Source: Oscillospiraceae bacterium
GTDB lineage: Bacteria > Bacillota > Clostridia > Oscillospirales > Ruminococcaceae
DNA length: 64,000 nucleotides
Reading direction: 5' to 3'
Assembly (NCBI GenBank): GCA_902790675.1
Contig: CADASU010000005.1
Location: 20,301-84,300 of the forward strand
Shown here in pieces: positions 1 through 9,061 of the stretch. Below the pieces are notes generated by a model. That model saw nothing but the letters and a program-made list of their open reading frames with translations. It was not told the DNA's origin and searched no databases. The translations under genes and the position numbers were made by a program. Each line of letters starts with the position of its first letter. The first letter of the stretch is position 1.

Positions 1-472
1 CTGCCCACTCGCTGTCATACCCTCCACCTCTTATAACTACAGGCACAAGGGTATATTCTTCATTATTTGATTTTATTTTTTTATTAGCCGCAACAACACC
101 TACAGTATCAGATTCAGCTTTACGCTTATAGTCATCATTTTCTTCTATATCTTCAAAACCCAATTCTTCTAATGCTTGTTTTGCATTTTTAGCTTGATCA
201 GAATAATCTGACTTGCTTGCCGATTTGTTTGCAAAACCAGACAATTCTAAAGCCAAAGAAGCAGTAGCAAGTGAACCATCATATTCAAATGAACTTTTAC
301 TAAAATAATCATCATTATAAACTAATGGCAACCTTTTTGAGCTTGATTCCCCGCGCTGAACAGTAATGACTCTATTGCCGTCATAAGCTGAAACAAATAG
401 GCTCGGTGTTAAACAAGTAGCAACAGACAAAATTGCTGCAATCATTCTCTTAACATTTTTTAACATTTGCAT
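1..472 (-). CDS. Secreted protein, N-terminal part only (gene runs off the left edge); possibly class-3-lipase-like
   Basis: Not in the ORF track because it is truncated. My minus-strand translation from ATG 472 (or 466) reads MQMLKNVKRMIAAILSVATCLTPSLFVSAYDGNRVITVQRGESSSKRLPLVYNDDYFSKSSFEYDGSLATASLALELSGF... and stays open to base 1. The N-terminus is a hydrophobic signal peptide. The lipase-like idea is only a loose pattern impression. Confidence 0.5.
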   Translation of the reverse strand, partial: MQMLKNVKRMIAAILSVATCLTPSLFVSAYDGNRVITVQRGESSSKRLPLVYNDDYFSKSSFEYDGSLATASLALELSGFANKSASKSDYSDQAKNAKQALEELGFEDIEENDDYKRKAESDTVGVVAANKKIKSNNEEYTLVPVVIRGGGYDSEWA

Positions 473-666
473 ACACTTTTAATTCCTCTCATGTAATTGT
501 AACTATTTAAGATTTTCTGCTTACTATCAGAATATTATATACTTTTTTTGTTAATTATATAAGAACAAATTGTAAACTTTTTGTTAACAATAAGTGATAA
601 AAACAAAAAGTTCTTGCAATAAATGCAAAAACTCAAAAATAAAAATATAAAAAATAATAGTATTTA

Positions 667-930
667 CTACTCTTTAAAACCATTCTCAATTAACTCCACT
701 AAAGCCTCTAAAGCTGGTCTTTCGTCTATTCCATCAGCAATAATTTTAATAGGATTACCGCCTATAATACCCAACGACAAAACACCCAATAAACTCTTAG
801 CATTCACTTTTCTATTATCTTTTTCAACCCAAATTTCAGATTCAAATTCATTAGCCTTTTTTATAAAAAAAATAGCGGGTCTAGCATGTAAACCAACCTG
901 ATTTTGAACAGAAATCTCTTTAATACACAT
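667..930 (-). CDS. ptsH: HPr-family phosphocarrier protein
   Basis: GLHARPA motif with the phospho-His, and a KSLLGVLSLG region typical of HPr. Start moved to ATG 930, which lies 5 nt after AGAGGTG. Confidence 0.85.
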   Translation of the reverse strand: MCIKEISVQNQVGLHARPAIFFIKKANEFESEIWVEKDNRKVNAKSLLGVLSLGIIGGNPIKIIADGIDERPALEALVELIENGFKE

Positions 931-1015
931 ACACACACCTCTTGTTTTAATTAAAAAATAAACAATAAACGCAAAATCAATAAAAATAAAGACTCTATAT
1001 CATAAAATAAAACTT

Positions 1016-1702
1016 TTATTTCAACATATCTGGTCTTTTAAAACGCGTAACTTCAATTGCCTTTTCTTTTCGCCACTTCTTTATATTAGCATGATGCCCT
1101 GATAAAAGCACTTCTGGCACTTTTCTTTTATGCCAAACTTCCGGTCTAGTATATTGAGGATATTCTAACAATCCATCAAAATGACTCTCTTCTTCAAAAC
1201 ATTCCGAAGAAGATAAAACACCGGGCAACATTCTAACAACAGCATCTACTAAAACTAACGCAGACAATTCACCACCAGTTAACACATAATCGCCAATTGA
1301 AATCTCTTCATCTACTATTTCATCAATTACGCGCTGATCTATTCCTTCATAATGTCCACATATTAAAAACAACGACACGTCAAGTTTAGACAACTCCAGA
1401 GCTTTACTTTGAGTAAGTGTTGTTCCTTGGGGTGAAAGATAAATAACATTAACTTTTTTTTTTGATCTAATACCACATACATGTTCATAACACCTAAAGA
1501 TAGGTTCTGCTTGAATCAGCATTCCTCTTCCCCCTCCGTAAGGAGAGTCATCAACACGTCTATGTTTATCTAAAGTAAAATCACGTATATCATAAGTTTC
1601 AATTGAAACCAAGCCAGATTTTCTAGCTCTACCTAAAATGCTACAATTCAAAACAGCTTCGCACATATCAGGAAATAAAGTAGCAATGTCAATACTAATC
1701 AT
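1016..1702 (-). CDS. trmD: tRNA (guanine37-N1)-methyltransferase
   Basis: 228 aa with a TrmD-like sequence (GDYVLTGGELSALVLVDAVVRMLPGVL). It is the last gene of the conserved rpsP-KH-rimM-trmD operon. Confidence 0.93.
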   Translation of the reverse strand: MISIDIATLFPDMCEAVLNCSILGRARKSGLVSIETYDIRDFTLDKHRRVDDSPYGGGRGMLIQAEPIFRCYEHVCGIRSKKKVNVIYLSPQGTTLTQSKALELSKLDVSLFLICGHYEGIDQRVIDEIVDEEISIGDYVLTGGELSALVLVDAVVRMLPGVLSSSECFEEESHFDGLLEYPQYTRPEVWHKRKVPEVLLSGHHANIKKWRKEKAIEVTRFKRPDMLK

Positions 1703-2213
1703 AAAACAGTCCTTCTAATGGTCTTATATAAATTAAATTATTATCTAACTCTACATCAATTACAACATCATTTATAACCGGAATTAACCGTTCAACATTA
1801 TTATCATCAACAACTCTATAAACGTCATTGGCGCCAGGCTTAAAAACATCTACTACTTTTCCATAATAAACATCTTTATTATCAACATCATAAACACGCA
1901 TGTCAATTAAATCCTGAATAAAATACATACCGTCAGATAATACTATATCATTTCTATTTACATAAACAATTTTTCCAACTATCTCTTTTGCACATTCAAT
2001 AGAATCTATTCCCTCAAATTTAACTATAACCGCATTTTTCAAAATTTTAGCATTTTCAATATGTTTGAATGACTTACCTTCACAGTCAAAAAACAAATGC
2101 GACAATCCTGCTATAATTGAAGAATCATCGCACCAAGGCACTATTTTTACATCACCTTTAATTCCATGTGTTCTTACTATTCTTCCTATTTCCAAAAAAA
2201 TTTTTTTACTCAT
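1695..2213 (-). CDS. rimM: 16S rRNA processing protein RimM
   Basis: IGRIVRTHGIKGDVKI N-terminal pattern, operon context, and an 8-nt overlap with trmD. Confidence 0.9.
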   Translation of the reverse strand: MSKKIFLEIGRIVRTHGIKGDVKIVPWCDDSSIIAGLSHLFFDCEGKSFKHIENAKILKNAVIVKFEGIDSIECAKEIVGKIVYVNRNDIVLSDGMYFIQDLIDMRVYDVDNKDVYYGKVVDVFKPGANDVYRVVDDNNVERLIPVINDVVIDVELDNNLIYIRPLEGLFYD

Positions 2214-2262
2214 AAGTACAACTCACATTAAACATACACTAAAAAATTCTATATTCAAAGCA

Positions 2263-2496
2263 CTAATTTATCTCGACAATAACCCTGTTTCCTAATCTAT
2301 TTGCTGCTGCTCTCATAACAACCCTTATAGCTTTAGCTATCCTTCCTTGCTTGCCAATAACACGACCTTTATCTTCTGTTGCAACTTCAAGATGATATAC
2401 TATTATTCCGTCTTCATTAGGATCATCAACTATTACATTAACTGCTTCCTTATTTTCCACAAGTCCTTTAGCCATTTCAATTAATAAATCTTTCAT
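2263..2496 (-). CDS. KH-domain RNA-binding protein (YlqC/UPF0109 family)
   Basis: GRVIGKQGRIAKAIR GxxG KH loop, positioned between rpsP and rimM. Start trimmed to ATG 2496 behind GGAGGG. Confidence 0.85.
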   Translation of the reverse strand: MKDLLIEMAKGLVENKEAVNVIVDDPNEDGIIVYHLEVATEDKGRVIGKQGRIAKAIRVVMRAAANRLGNRVIVEIN

Positions 2497-2519
2497 TGTA
2501 AACCCTCCAAACATTAATA

Positions 2520-2759
2520 TTATATATTATTTTCTTTAAACAATCTTTTTACTGTATCTGTTGGCTTAGCTCCAGTACCAACCCAGTATTTTACCTTGTC
2601 AGCATCTATATTAAACATAGATTGTTTATTAGATGGATCATAAGTTCCAATTTCTTCGATAAATCTTCCATCACGTGAATATCTAGAATCTGCAACCACA
2701 ACCCTATAAAAGGGAGCCTTCTTTGCACCCATTCTTCTTAGTCTTATTTTTACAGCCAT
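2520..2759 (-). CDS. rpsP: 30S ribosomal protein S16
   Basis: Canonical N-terminus [26 protein letters not shown]. Confidence 0.95.
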   Translation of the reverse strand: MAVKIRLRRMGAKKAPFYRVVVADSRYSRDGRFIEEIGTYDPSNKQSMFNIDADKVKYWVGTGAKPTDTVKRLFKENNI

Positions 2760-2820
2760 TATTTTCCTCCTACAAAACTTTTTATTTTATATCATAAATA
2801 TGCTTTAAATCGTTTAATCA

Positions 2821-4161
2821 TTAGAACATTCCTAATCCAGAAAGCAAACGTTTTTTTCTACGTTTTCCACGTCCACCTAGCTGCTTAAACATTTTTTGCA
2901 TTTGTTCAAACTGCTTCAAAAGCTGATTAATATCAGTTACAGATGTTCCACTACCTGCAGCTATCCTTCTCTTTCGATGAGAATCTATAATAGATGGTTT
3001 TTCGCGCTCTTTATTAGTCATGGATAATATTATAGCTTGCATTTTTACTATTCTGCTTTCTCCGGTTTCAATGTCCTTGTCTTTGATTTTATTTGCAACT
3101 CCAGGGATCATAGACACAATATCTCTCACAGAACCCAGCTTCTTTATTTGATTCATCTGTTCTAAAAGGTCATTCATATCAAACTTATTATTTTTCATTT
3201 TTTTGGATATTTTTTCAACATCCTTAATTTTTATATTAGTTTCCGCTTTCTCTATAAGAGTTAAAACATCGCCCATTCCCAGTATTCTAGATGCCATTCT
3301 ATCCGGCTGAAATAATTCCAAATCACCAAGTTTTTCGCCTACTCCAACGAATTTTATTGGCTTACCAACAACATCTAAAATTGATAACGCTGCTCCACCT
3401 CTAGTATCTCCATCAAGCTTTGTTAATACCACTCCAGTTATATCAAGCTTCTTATCAAAAACCTCAGCAACATTAACTGCATCTTGACCAGTCATAGAGT
3501 CCACAACAAGCAATATTTCACTAGGACTTATACAGTTCTTGATATTCTGTAATTCAAACATAAGCTCGTCATCTACATGTAACCTACCAGCAGTGTCCAA
3601 AACAACAATATCATGCCCGTAATCTTTAGCATATTTTAAAGATTCCTTAGCAATAATAACCGGATCAGAGTTTCCCATCTCAAAAACATGAGCTCCAACT
3701 TGTTCTCCAACAATTTTCAACTGATCTATAGCAGCAGGCCTGTAAACATCACAAGCAACTAAAAGAGGTCTATGTCCTTTACCCATAAAATGCTTAGCTA
3801 TCTTTGCACAATGCGTTGTTTTACCACTTCCCTGCAACCCACACATCATAATAATACACGGCGGTTTAGAAGGAAAATGAATCACACTTCCCTCACTTCC
3901 CATCAAAGAAGTAAGCTCTTCATCTACTATTTTTATAACTTGCTGCCCAGGAGTTAAGCTATCAAGAACCACAGAACCAATCGAACGTTCAGTTAAACGA
4001 TCAACAAACCGTTTAACCACTTTGTAATTAACATCAGCTTCAAGCAAAGCTAACTTAATCTCACGCATCGCAACTTTAACGTCATTTTCAGTTAACTTTC
4101 CTTTAGACCGAAGCTTTTTAAAAACATTTGATAATTTTCCAGATAAACTTTCAAATACCAT
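2821..4161 (-). CDS. ffh: Signal recognition particle protein Ffh
   Basis: SRP54 GTPase motifs GLQGSGKTT, DTAGR and TKLDGD, plus a Met-rich C-terminal M domain. Start trimmed to MVFESLSGKL. Confidence 0.95.
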   Translation of the reverse strand: MVFESLSGKLSNVFKKLRSKGKLTENDVKVAMREIKLALLEADVNYKVVKRFVDRLTERSIGSVVLDSLTPGQQVIKIVDEELTSLMGSEGSVIHFPSKPPCIIMMCGLQGSGKTTHCAKIAKHFMGKGHRPLLVACDVYRPAAIDQLKIVGEQVGAHVFEMGNSDPVIIAKESLKYAKDYGHDIVVLDTAGRLHVDDELMFELQNIKNCISPSEILLVVDSMTGQDAVNVAEVFDKKLDITGVVLTKLDGDTRGGAALSILDVVGKPIKFVGVGEKLGDLELFQPDRMASRILGMGDVLTLIEKAETNIKIKDVEKISKKMKNNKFDMNDLLEQMNQIKKLGSVRDIVSMIPGVANKIKDKDIETGESRIVKMQAIILSMTNKEREKPSIIDSHRKRRIAAGSGTSVTDINQLLKQFEQMQKMFKQLGGRGKRRKKRLLSGLGMF

Positions 4162-4162
4162 T

Positions 4163-4510
4163 CTAATCCTCCGATCTCTCAATAATCTTATTAACTAGAT
4201 TATTTATTTGTGACAATTTTTCACAATCTTTAACAGGCAAATCATCAAGAATATCTAATATATCACAAGATAAAGATCGTACTTTCTCGTAAGTATGTTT
4301 CATCTTAAGTTTATCCTCAAACTCTAATAATAAAACTTCTGTCCTTTTTACATTGTCATGAATTCCCTGCCGAGTAATTCCAGTAATTTCTGAAATTTCA
4401 CTTAAAGATAAATCTTGATTATAATACATATCGGCGATGTTATATTGTGTTTTACTCAACAAAGAACCATAATAATCTAACAATATACCTATTTCTATAC
4501 TTTTACTCAA
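4163..4510 (-). CDS. ylxM: YlxM/UPF0122 putative HTH protein
   Basis: Small sigma-70-region-4-like HTH protein immediately upstream of ffh, which is conserved Firmicute synteny. Confidence 0.85.
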   Translation of the reverse strand: MSKSIEIGILLDYYGSLLSKTQYNIADMYYNQDLSLSEISEITGITRQGIHDNVKRTEVLLLEFEDKLKMKHTYEKVRSLSCDILDILDDLPVKDCEKLSQINNLVNKIIERSED

Positions 4511-4582
4511 TATAACACTACCTTTATGAAAACAAAAATATTACGACTCCCATTCACATTATACAATTACACAATAATATTG

Positions 4583-5398
4583 TCAAGATATTTTCTTGTC
4601 ACCATCATCACTTTTACGCAAGCTAGGAAATACCATACTTATATCATCTGCTAAATATTTGACAAATTCAGAAACTGAAGGCCTCATTTTATATACTCTA
4701 TCGGGGTCTGGATAGTACTTTTTTAAGCAGTCTATAGCCGTATCTCTCCACACAACTTCAATGGCATGTCTCATACATCTATCCACACTAGAATATGTAG
4801 TTTTATATCTCCTCGCTAAAATCCAATATATATCCCTAGTAATACATAAATGCGGATCTTCAATACACAACTCTATCGCATCTACAATGTACTTATGTCC
4901 CATTAAATGAAACATCATTCCCATTTTTTCCAGTCTTGTAGCAATTTTAAATCTTACTGATGAATATACATACTGTTTAAATACGGGAAAAATTGAAGCC
5001 ATAGAAAGACACCCATATACTTTTTTAATCCAGTCAATTACCAAATCATCACTATAATTTTTGCTGTTATAATCAAAAAATTTAGATATATTATGCACTT
5101 TAATATGTTCAACAAACCTGCTAGGTTCTAATTTCACAATAGTCAAAACATAAGGTGGATTGAATGAACAGTTATGTATTCTATATAACAAGTTCATAGC
5201 TTCACCTTGCTTCTCTTCTATCAATAAAACTACTATACAATTTCTATGATTAATCAAGAAATTTTTCATCTGCTCAAAACCCATATTTCTTATCCTAGTA
5301 ACAGATGTGTTTTTTAAACTGTGCAACTTACCAATTAAATTTCCGTTTTTTTCCGGATTATCCACCAAAAATAACAAATGATTTTTTCCAGAAACCAC
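4583..5398 (-). CDS. Spo0A C-terminal-domain protein with atypical (pseudo-)receiver N-terminus
   Basis: The C-terminal segment HLMGHKYIVDAIELCIEDPHLCITRDIYWILARRYKTTYSSVDRCMRHAIEVVWRD parallels the Spo0A DNA-binding domain signature (..KGY.YLR.AI...ITK.LYP.IA.K..TT.SRVERAIRHAIEVAW). The N-terminal half is receiver-sized but lacks recognisable DD and phospho-acceptor Asp motifs (VVLLIEEK where Spo0A has D-containing LDIIMP). Confidence 0.6.
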   Translation of the reverse strand: MVSGKNHLLFLVDNPEKNGNLIGKLHSLKNTSVTRIRNMGFEQMKNFLINHRNCIVVLLIEEKQGEAMNLLYRIHNCSFNPPYVLTIVKLEPSRFVEHIKVHNISKFFDYNSKNYSDDLVIDWIKKVYGCLSMASIFPVFKQYVYSSVRFKIATRLEKMGMMFHLMGHKYIVDAIELCIEDPHLCITRDIYWILARRYKTTYSSVDRCMRHAIEVVWRDTAIDCLKKYYPDPDRVYKMRPSVSEFVKYLADDISMVFPSLRKSDDGDKKIS

Positions 5399-5458
5399 AT
5401 CAATACCTCCACAACAAAACCAGCCACAAAGAACAAAAATTCATACAGCTAATACTGA

Positions 5459-6364
5459 TTATTTAACCATATTAGCAATTTCTTCAGCAAAATTATCAGA
5501 GCGCTTCTCTATTCCCTCACCTTTTTCTATTCTAACAAATTCAACTATTTCTATATTGCCTCCAAGATTTTTAGCCACATCGTTAGTATATTGAGATATT
5601 GTCAAATTACTATCTTTAACATACTGCTGATCGAGCAAACAAACTTCCTTATAAAATTTGTTAATCTTACCTTCAACAATTCTATCAGCTATATTATCGG
5701 GCTTACCTGAATTTATAACTTGCTGCTTTAAAATTTCTTTTTCCTTGTCTAAAACTTCAGCTGGAACTTGATCAGCATTTAAATACTGAGGACTTACAGC
5801 AGCAACTTGCATAGCAACATTTTTAGCATATTCATTAAATTCAGGCTTTCCGTCTAAATCAGTATTAAATTTAATCATTACGCCAATTGTTCCGCCGCCA
5901 TGAACATAAGTAGATAGACTACCTTCCATACGAACAAAACGACGTATCTGGATATTTTCACCTATAGATAATATCTTTTCTTGTAAAGCTTTCTCAACCG
6001 TCAAACCACCATTAGACATTTCCAAAGATTTTAGCTCCTCCAAATCTTTAGGATTTTTTTCTAATATAGTATCCGCAACAGAATTAACAAAATCTATAAA
6101 GTCGCTATTCTTAGCAACGAAGTCTGTTTCAGAGTTAACTTCAACAACAACTCCGACACCATTTTTAACTTTTGCAACAACAAGACCTTCTGCCGCAACC
6201 CTGCCTGCTTTTTTAGCTGCCTTTGCGATTCCCTTCTCACGAAGAATTTCTATTGCCTTTTCCATATCTCCATTAGCTTCAGACAAAGCATTTTTACAAT
6301 CCATCATTCCAACACCAGTTCTCTGGCGAAGCAACTGCACATCTTTTGCTGTAAATTCAGCCAT
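5459..6364 (-). CDS. tsf: Elongation factor Ts
   Basis: N-terminal UBA-like VQLLRQRTGVGMMDCKNAL, length 301 aa, downstream of rpsB. Confidence 0.95.
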   Translation of the reverse strand: MAEFTAKDVQLLRQRTGVGMMDCKNALSEANGDMEKAIEILREKGIAKAAKKAGRVAAEGLVVAKVKNGVGVVVEVNSETDFVAKNSDFIDFVNSVADTILEKNPKDLEELKSLEMSNGGLTVEKALQEKILSIGENIQIRRFVRMEGSLSTYVHGGGTIGVMIKFNTDLDGKPEFNEYAKNVAMQVAAVSPQYLNADQVPAEVLDKEKEILKQQVINSGKPDNIADRIVEGKINKFYKEVCLLDQQYVKDSNLTISQYTNDVAKNLGGNIEIVEFVRIEKGEGIEKRSDNFAEEIANMVK

Positions 6365-6406
6365 ATCAATTCCTCCAAAATAATATAAATTTTTTAAAAA
6401 TATAAT

Positions 6407-7186
6407 CTAGTCGATGTTTTCTTCTTGCTCATTATTTTCATGAATTTCTTCTTCAGCTACAGATGTCTCCGCAGAGCCTTCTTCCATAGCATCTTCACCT
6501 TCATCGCCTTGTTTAGCCGCCAAAACAGCATCTGCCATAACACTAGAAATCAATTTAACTGCTCTTATAGCATCGTCATTTCCTGGTATAACATAATCTA
6601 TTTCATCAGGATCGCAGTTGGTATCAACTATTGCAACTATCGGAATACCAAGTTTTTTTGCTTCAGCAACTGCAATTCTTTCCTTCTTAGGATCAATAAT
6701 GAATAAAGCTGAAGGCAATTTGTTCATATTTTTAATTCCGCCTAAGAATTTTTCCAATTTTTCTATCTCAAGATTAAGCTTCATAACTTCTTTTTTAGTT
6801 AGAAGATCAAAAGTTCCATCTTCCTTCATTTTATTTAATTGCTCAAGACGGTCTATGCGAGTGCGTATTGTTTTAAAGTTAGTCATCATTCCGCCCAACC
6901 AACGAGCATTTACATAGTGCATATTGCAACGCATAGCCTCTTCTTTTATGGATTCTCCTGCTTGTTTTTTTGTTCCAACAAACAAAATTTCTCCACCATC
7001 AGCAACCAATTTATTCACAAAATTGTATGCATGCTCCAACTCTTTAACTGTTTTTTGCAAATCAATAATATAAATTCCATTTCTTTCCGTAAAAATGTAG
7101 CGACTCATTTTTGGATTCCATCTTCTGGTTTGATGGCCAAAATGAACGCCTGCTTCTAACAATTGTTTCATAGATACTACTGACAT
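6407..7186 (-). CDS. rpsB: 30S ribosomal protein S2
   Basis: [19 protein letters not shown] signature with an acidic C-terminal tail. Confidence 0.95.
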   Translation of the reverse strand: MSVVSMKQLLEAGVHFGHQTRRWNPKMSRYIFTERNGIYIIDLQKTVKELEHAYNFVNKLVADGGEILFVGTKKQAGESIKEEAMRCNMHYVNARWLGGMMTNFKTIRTRIDRLEQLNKMKEDGTFDLLTKKEVMKLNLEIEKLEKFLGGIKNMNKLPSALFIIDPKKERIAVAEAKKLGIPIVAIVDTNCDPDEIDYVIPGNDDAIRAVKLISSVMADAVLAAKQGDEGEDAMEEGSAETSVAEEEIHENNEQEENID

Positions 7187-7327
7187 TTTTTATACCTCCA
7201 TTTGGTTATACCTCCACATATTTTTTAATAATTAGACTATTTGCTTACAGCTCACCAAATCTAAATTAAATATGTGTGTGATTTAATATTTTTTACGTGC
7301 TACATATGAAAAGTGCAACACTTCTGA

Positions 7328-7356
7328 ATTATAACATATAATCCAAAATGTTGCAA
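7328..7356 (-). promoter_or_regulatory. Sigma-A-type promoter for rpsB-tsf
   Basis: The minus strand reads TTGCAA, a 17-nt spacer, then TATAAT (plus-strand coordinates 7351-7356 and 7328-7333). Confidence 0.55.
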
Positions 7357-7374
7357 ACAATTTTTTAATAAAAT

Positions 7375-8394
7375 TTAATTATAAAACCAAAATTTTTCAG
7401 ATTCATGTTTTACAGGACGACTCATTAAACTATTTAAAGCTTCCTCAATATTTCCATTTTCATATAAAACTTTATAAAGCTGTTCTGTTATAGGCATACA
7501 TACATTCTCTATTTTACCTAACTCATAAGCCGCTTTAGTTGCAAAATAGCCTTCAACCGTCATTCCAACTTCCTCCAAAGCCTCACTTGAACTTTTACCC
7601 TGGCCAATTAATATTCCTGCTCGTCTATTTCTACTATGCATACTTGTACATGTTACTATTAAATCACCAATGCCTGAAAGACCCGCAAAAGTTTGACTTT
7701 TAGCTCCCATAGCAACTCCAAGCCTTCCAATTTCAGTTATACCACGTGTCATTAATGCTGCTTTAGTATTATCTCCCAAACTAAGTCCATCACATATTCC
7801 TACAGCAAGTGCTATAATGTTTTTTAAAGCACCTCCAAGTTCTACACCAATCAAGTCTTCATTCACATACAATCTAAATATACTAGAATTTAACGCATCT
7901 TGAATTTTTTCAGCAACATTTATGTCTTTAGAAGCAGCAACAACTGTTGTTGGTATTTCACGAGCAATTTCTTCCGCATGAGACGGCCCAGATAGCGCAA
8001 CAAAAGGATGATCCTTTATTTCTTCACATATTACTTCCGACAATCTCTTTAAACTGCCTTGTTCTAAGCCTTTAGCAACATTAACAACAACAGCATCCTT
8101 TTTTATATAACCCGCCATTTTCTTTGCAACTTCTCTAACATAATTAGAAGCAACCGCAAAAATAACAATATCAGCACACAAAATATCCTGAGCCTTTGTT
8201 GTTAATTTAATAGATTCAGTATCTATAATAATACCCGGAAGACATTTTTTGTTTTCTTTATCTTTAATAATATTTTGAATTTCATCACTAACGGCTGACC
8301 ACAATATAACATTAAACTCATTATATCCATTAATTAACTTTGCTAAAGCTGTCCCAAAACTGCCTGCTCCTAAAACAGCAACATTTTTTTTCAC
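7375..8394 (-). CDS. gpsA: NAD(P)H-dependent glycerol-3-phosphate dehydrogenase
   Basis: VAVLGAGSFGTALA Rossmann motif and GpsA-like body, in der-plsY-gpsA synteny. Start moved to GTG 8394 (GAGGTG, 6 nt, GTG), which removes the overlap with plsY. Confidence 0.9.
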   Translation of the reverse strand: MKKNVAVLGAGSFGTALAKLINGYNEFNVILWSAVSDEIQNIIKDKENKKCLPGIIIDTESIKLTTKAQDILCADIVIFAVASNYVREVAKKMAGYIKKDAVVVNVAKGLEQGSLKRLSEVICEEIKDHPFVALSGPSHAEEIAREIPTTVVAASKDINVAEKIQDALNSSIFRLYVNEDLIGVELGGALKNIIALAVGICDGLSLGDNTKAALMTRGITEIGRLGVAMGAKSQTFAGLSGIGDLIVTCTSMHSRNRRAGILIGQGKSSSEALEEVGMTVEGYFATKAAYELGKIENVCMPITEQLYKVLYENGNIEEALNSLMSRPVKHESEKFWFYN

Positions 8395-8404
8395 TAAAAA
8401 CACC

Positions 8405-9049
8405 TCACATTTTAATTTTAGGCTCATTTCCACTTAATAGTCTTTTTATATTAGCCCTATGCATAAAAACTATTATTGAAGAAATAGTCAATGCAAAAAA
8501 TACACGTATAACAGAATCAATTAACGATTCACCAAGAATTAAACATTTAATAAGTGTAAATACTGGATATGTAAAAGCAGAGACTATCGAACTCAAAGAA
8601 ACTATCTTAGAAATAACAAAAATCAAAGCAAATATTAAAATAACACATAAAAACACTGTCAAATCAACAGCCAATAAAACTCCTGCAGAAACTGCAACTC
8701 CTTTTCCTCCTTTAAATTTATAAAATACTGGAAAAACGTGTCCAAGCAAAGCACATATTCCAATTAACCCACTAGCATAAATTGGTGATTCTATTTTAAA
8801 AAACAAAAAAAACAACAAATTACACACAATTATAGAAACAATGCCTTTAGCGAAATCACCAATAAATGTTATAATTGCCGGAATTTTTCCAAAATTTCTA
8901 AAAACATTGGTCATTCCAGCGTTATTGCTACCATAATTTCTTACATCCTTGCCATAAAAAGCACGCGAAATCAAAATAGCAAAATTTATGCTGCCCAACA
9001 AATAGGCAAAAACACAACATACTAAAACTATCAATAATTGAAATTGCAA
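8405..9049 (-). CDS. plsY: Glycerol-3-phosphate acyltransferase PlsY
   Basis: Polytopic membrane protein with LLGSINFAILISR, NAGMTNVFR and GGKGVA motifs. Confidence 0.9.
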   Translation of the reverse strand: MQFQLLIVLVCCVFAYLLGSINFAILISRAFYGKDVRNYGSNNAGMTNVFRNFGKIPAIITFIGDFAKGIVSIIVCNLLFFLFFKIESPIYASGLIGICALLGHVFPVFYKFKGGKGVAVSAGVLLAVDLTVFLCVILIFALIFVISKIVSLSSIVSAFTYPVFTLIKCLILGESLIDSVIRVFFALTISSIIVFMHRANIKRLLSGNEPKIKM

Positions 9050-9061
9050 AATAGTCGCTCC

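Noticed and set aside
6425-7159. Three plus-strand ORFs (93-106 aa) antisense to rpsB. Many similar track ORFs lie antisense or out of frame within well-supported genes, for example 623-901, 2065-2295, 3772-3957, 8340-8723, 9533-10262, 13047-13457, 17025-17749, 22115-22561, 28658-29170, 41147-41977, 43215-43730, 52074-52402, 53147-54716, 55283-55567 and 59366-60670.
   Set aside because: These are low-complexity, Ile/Phe/Ser/Asn-rich translations typical of shadow ORFs in AT-rich DNA. Each lies fully inside a gene with strong family motifs on the other strand or frame, and I saw no RBS or recognisable motifs.
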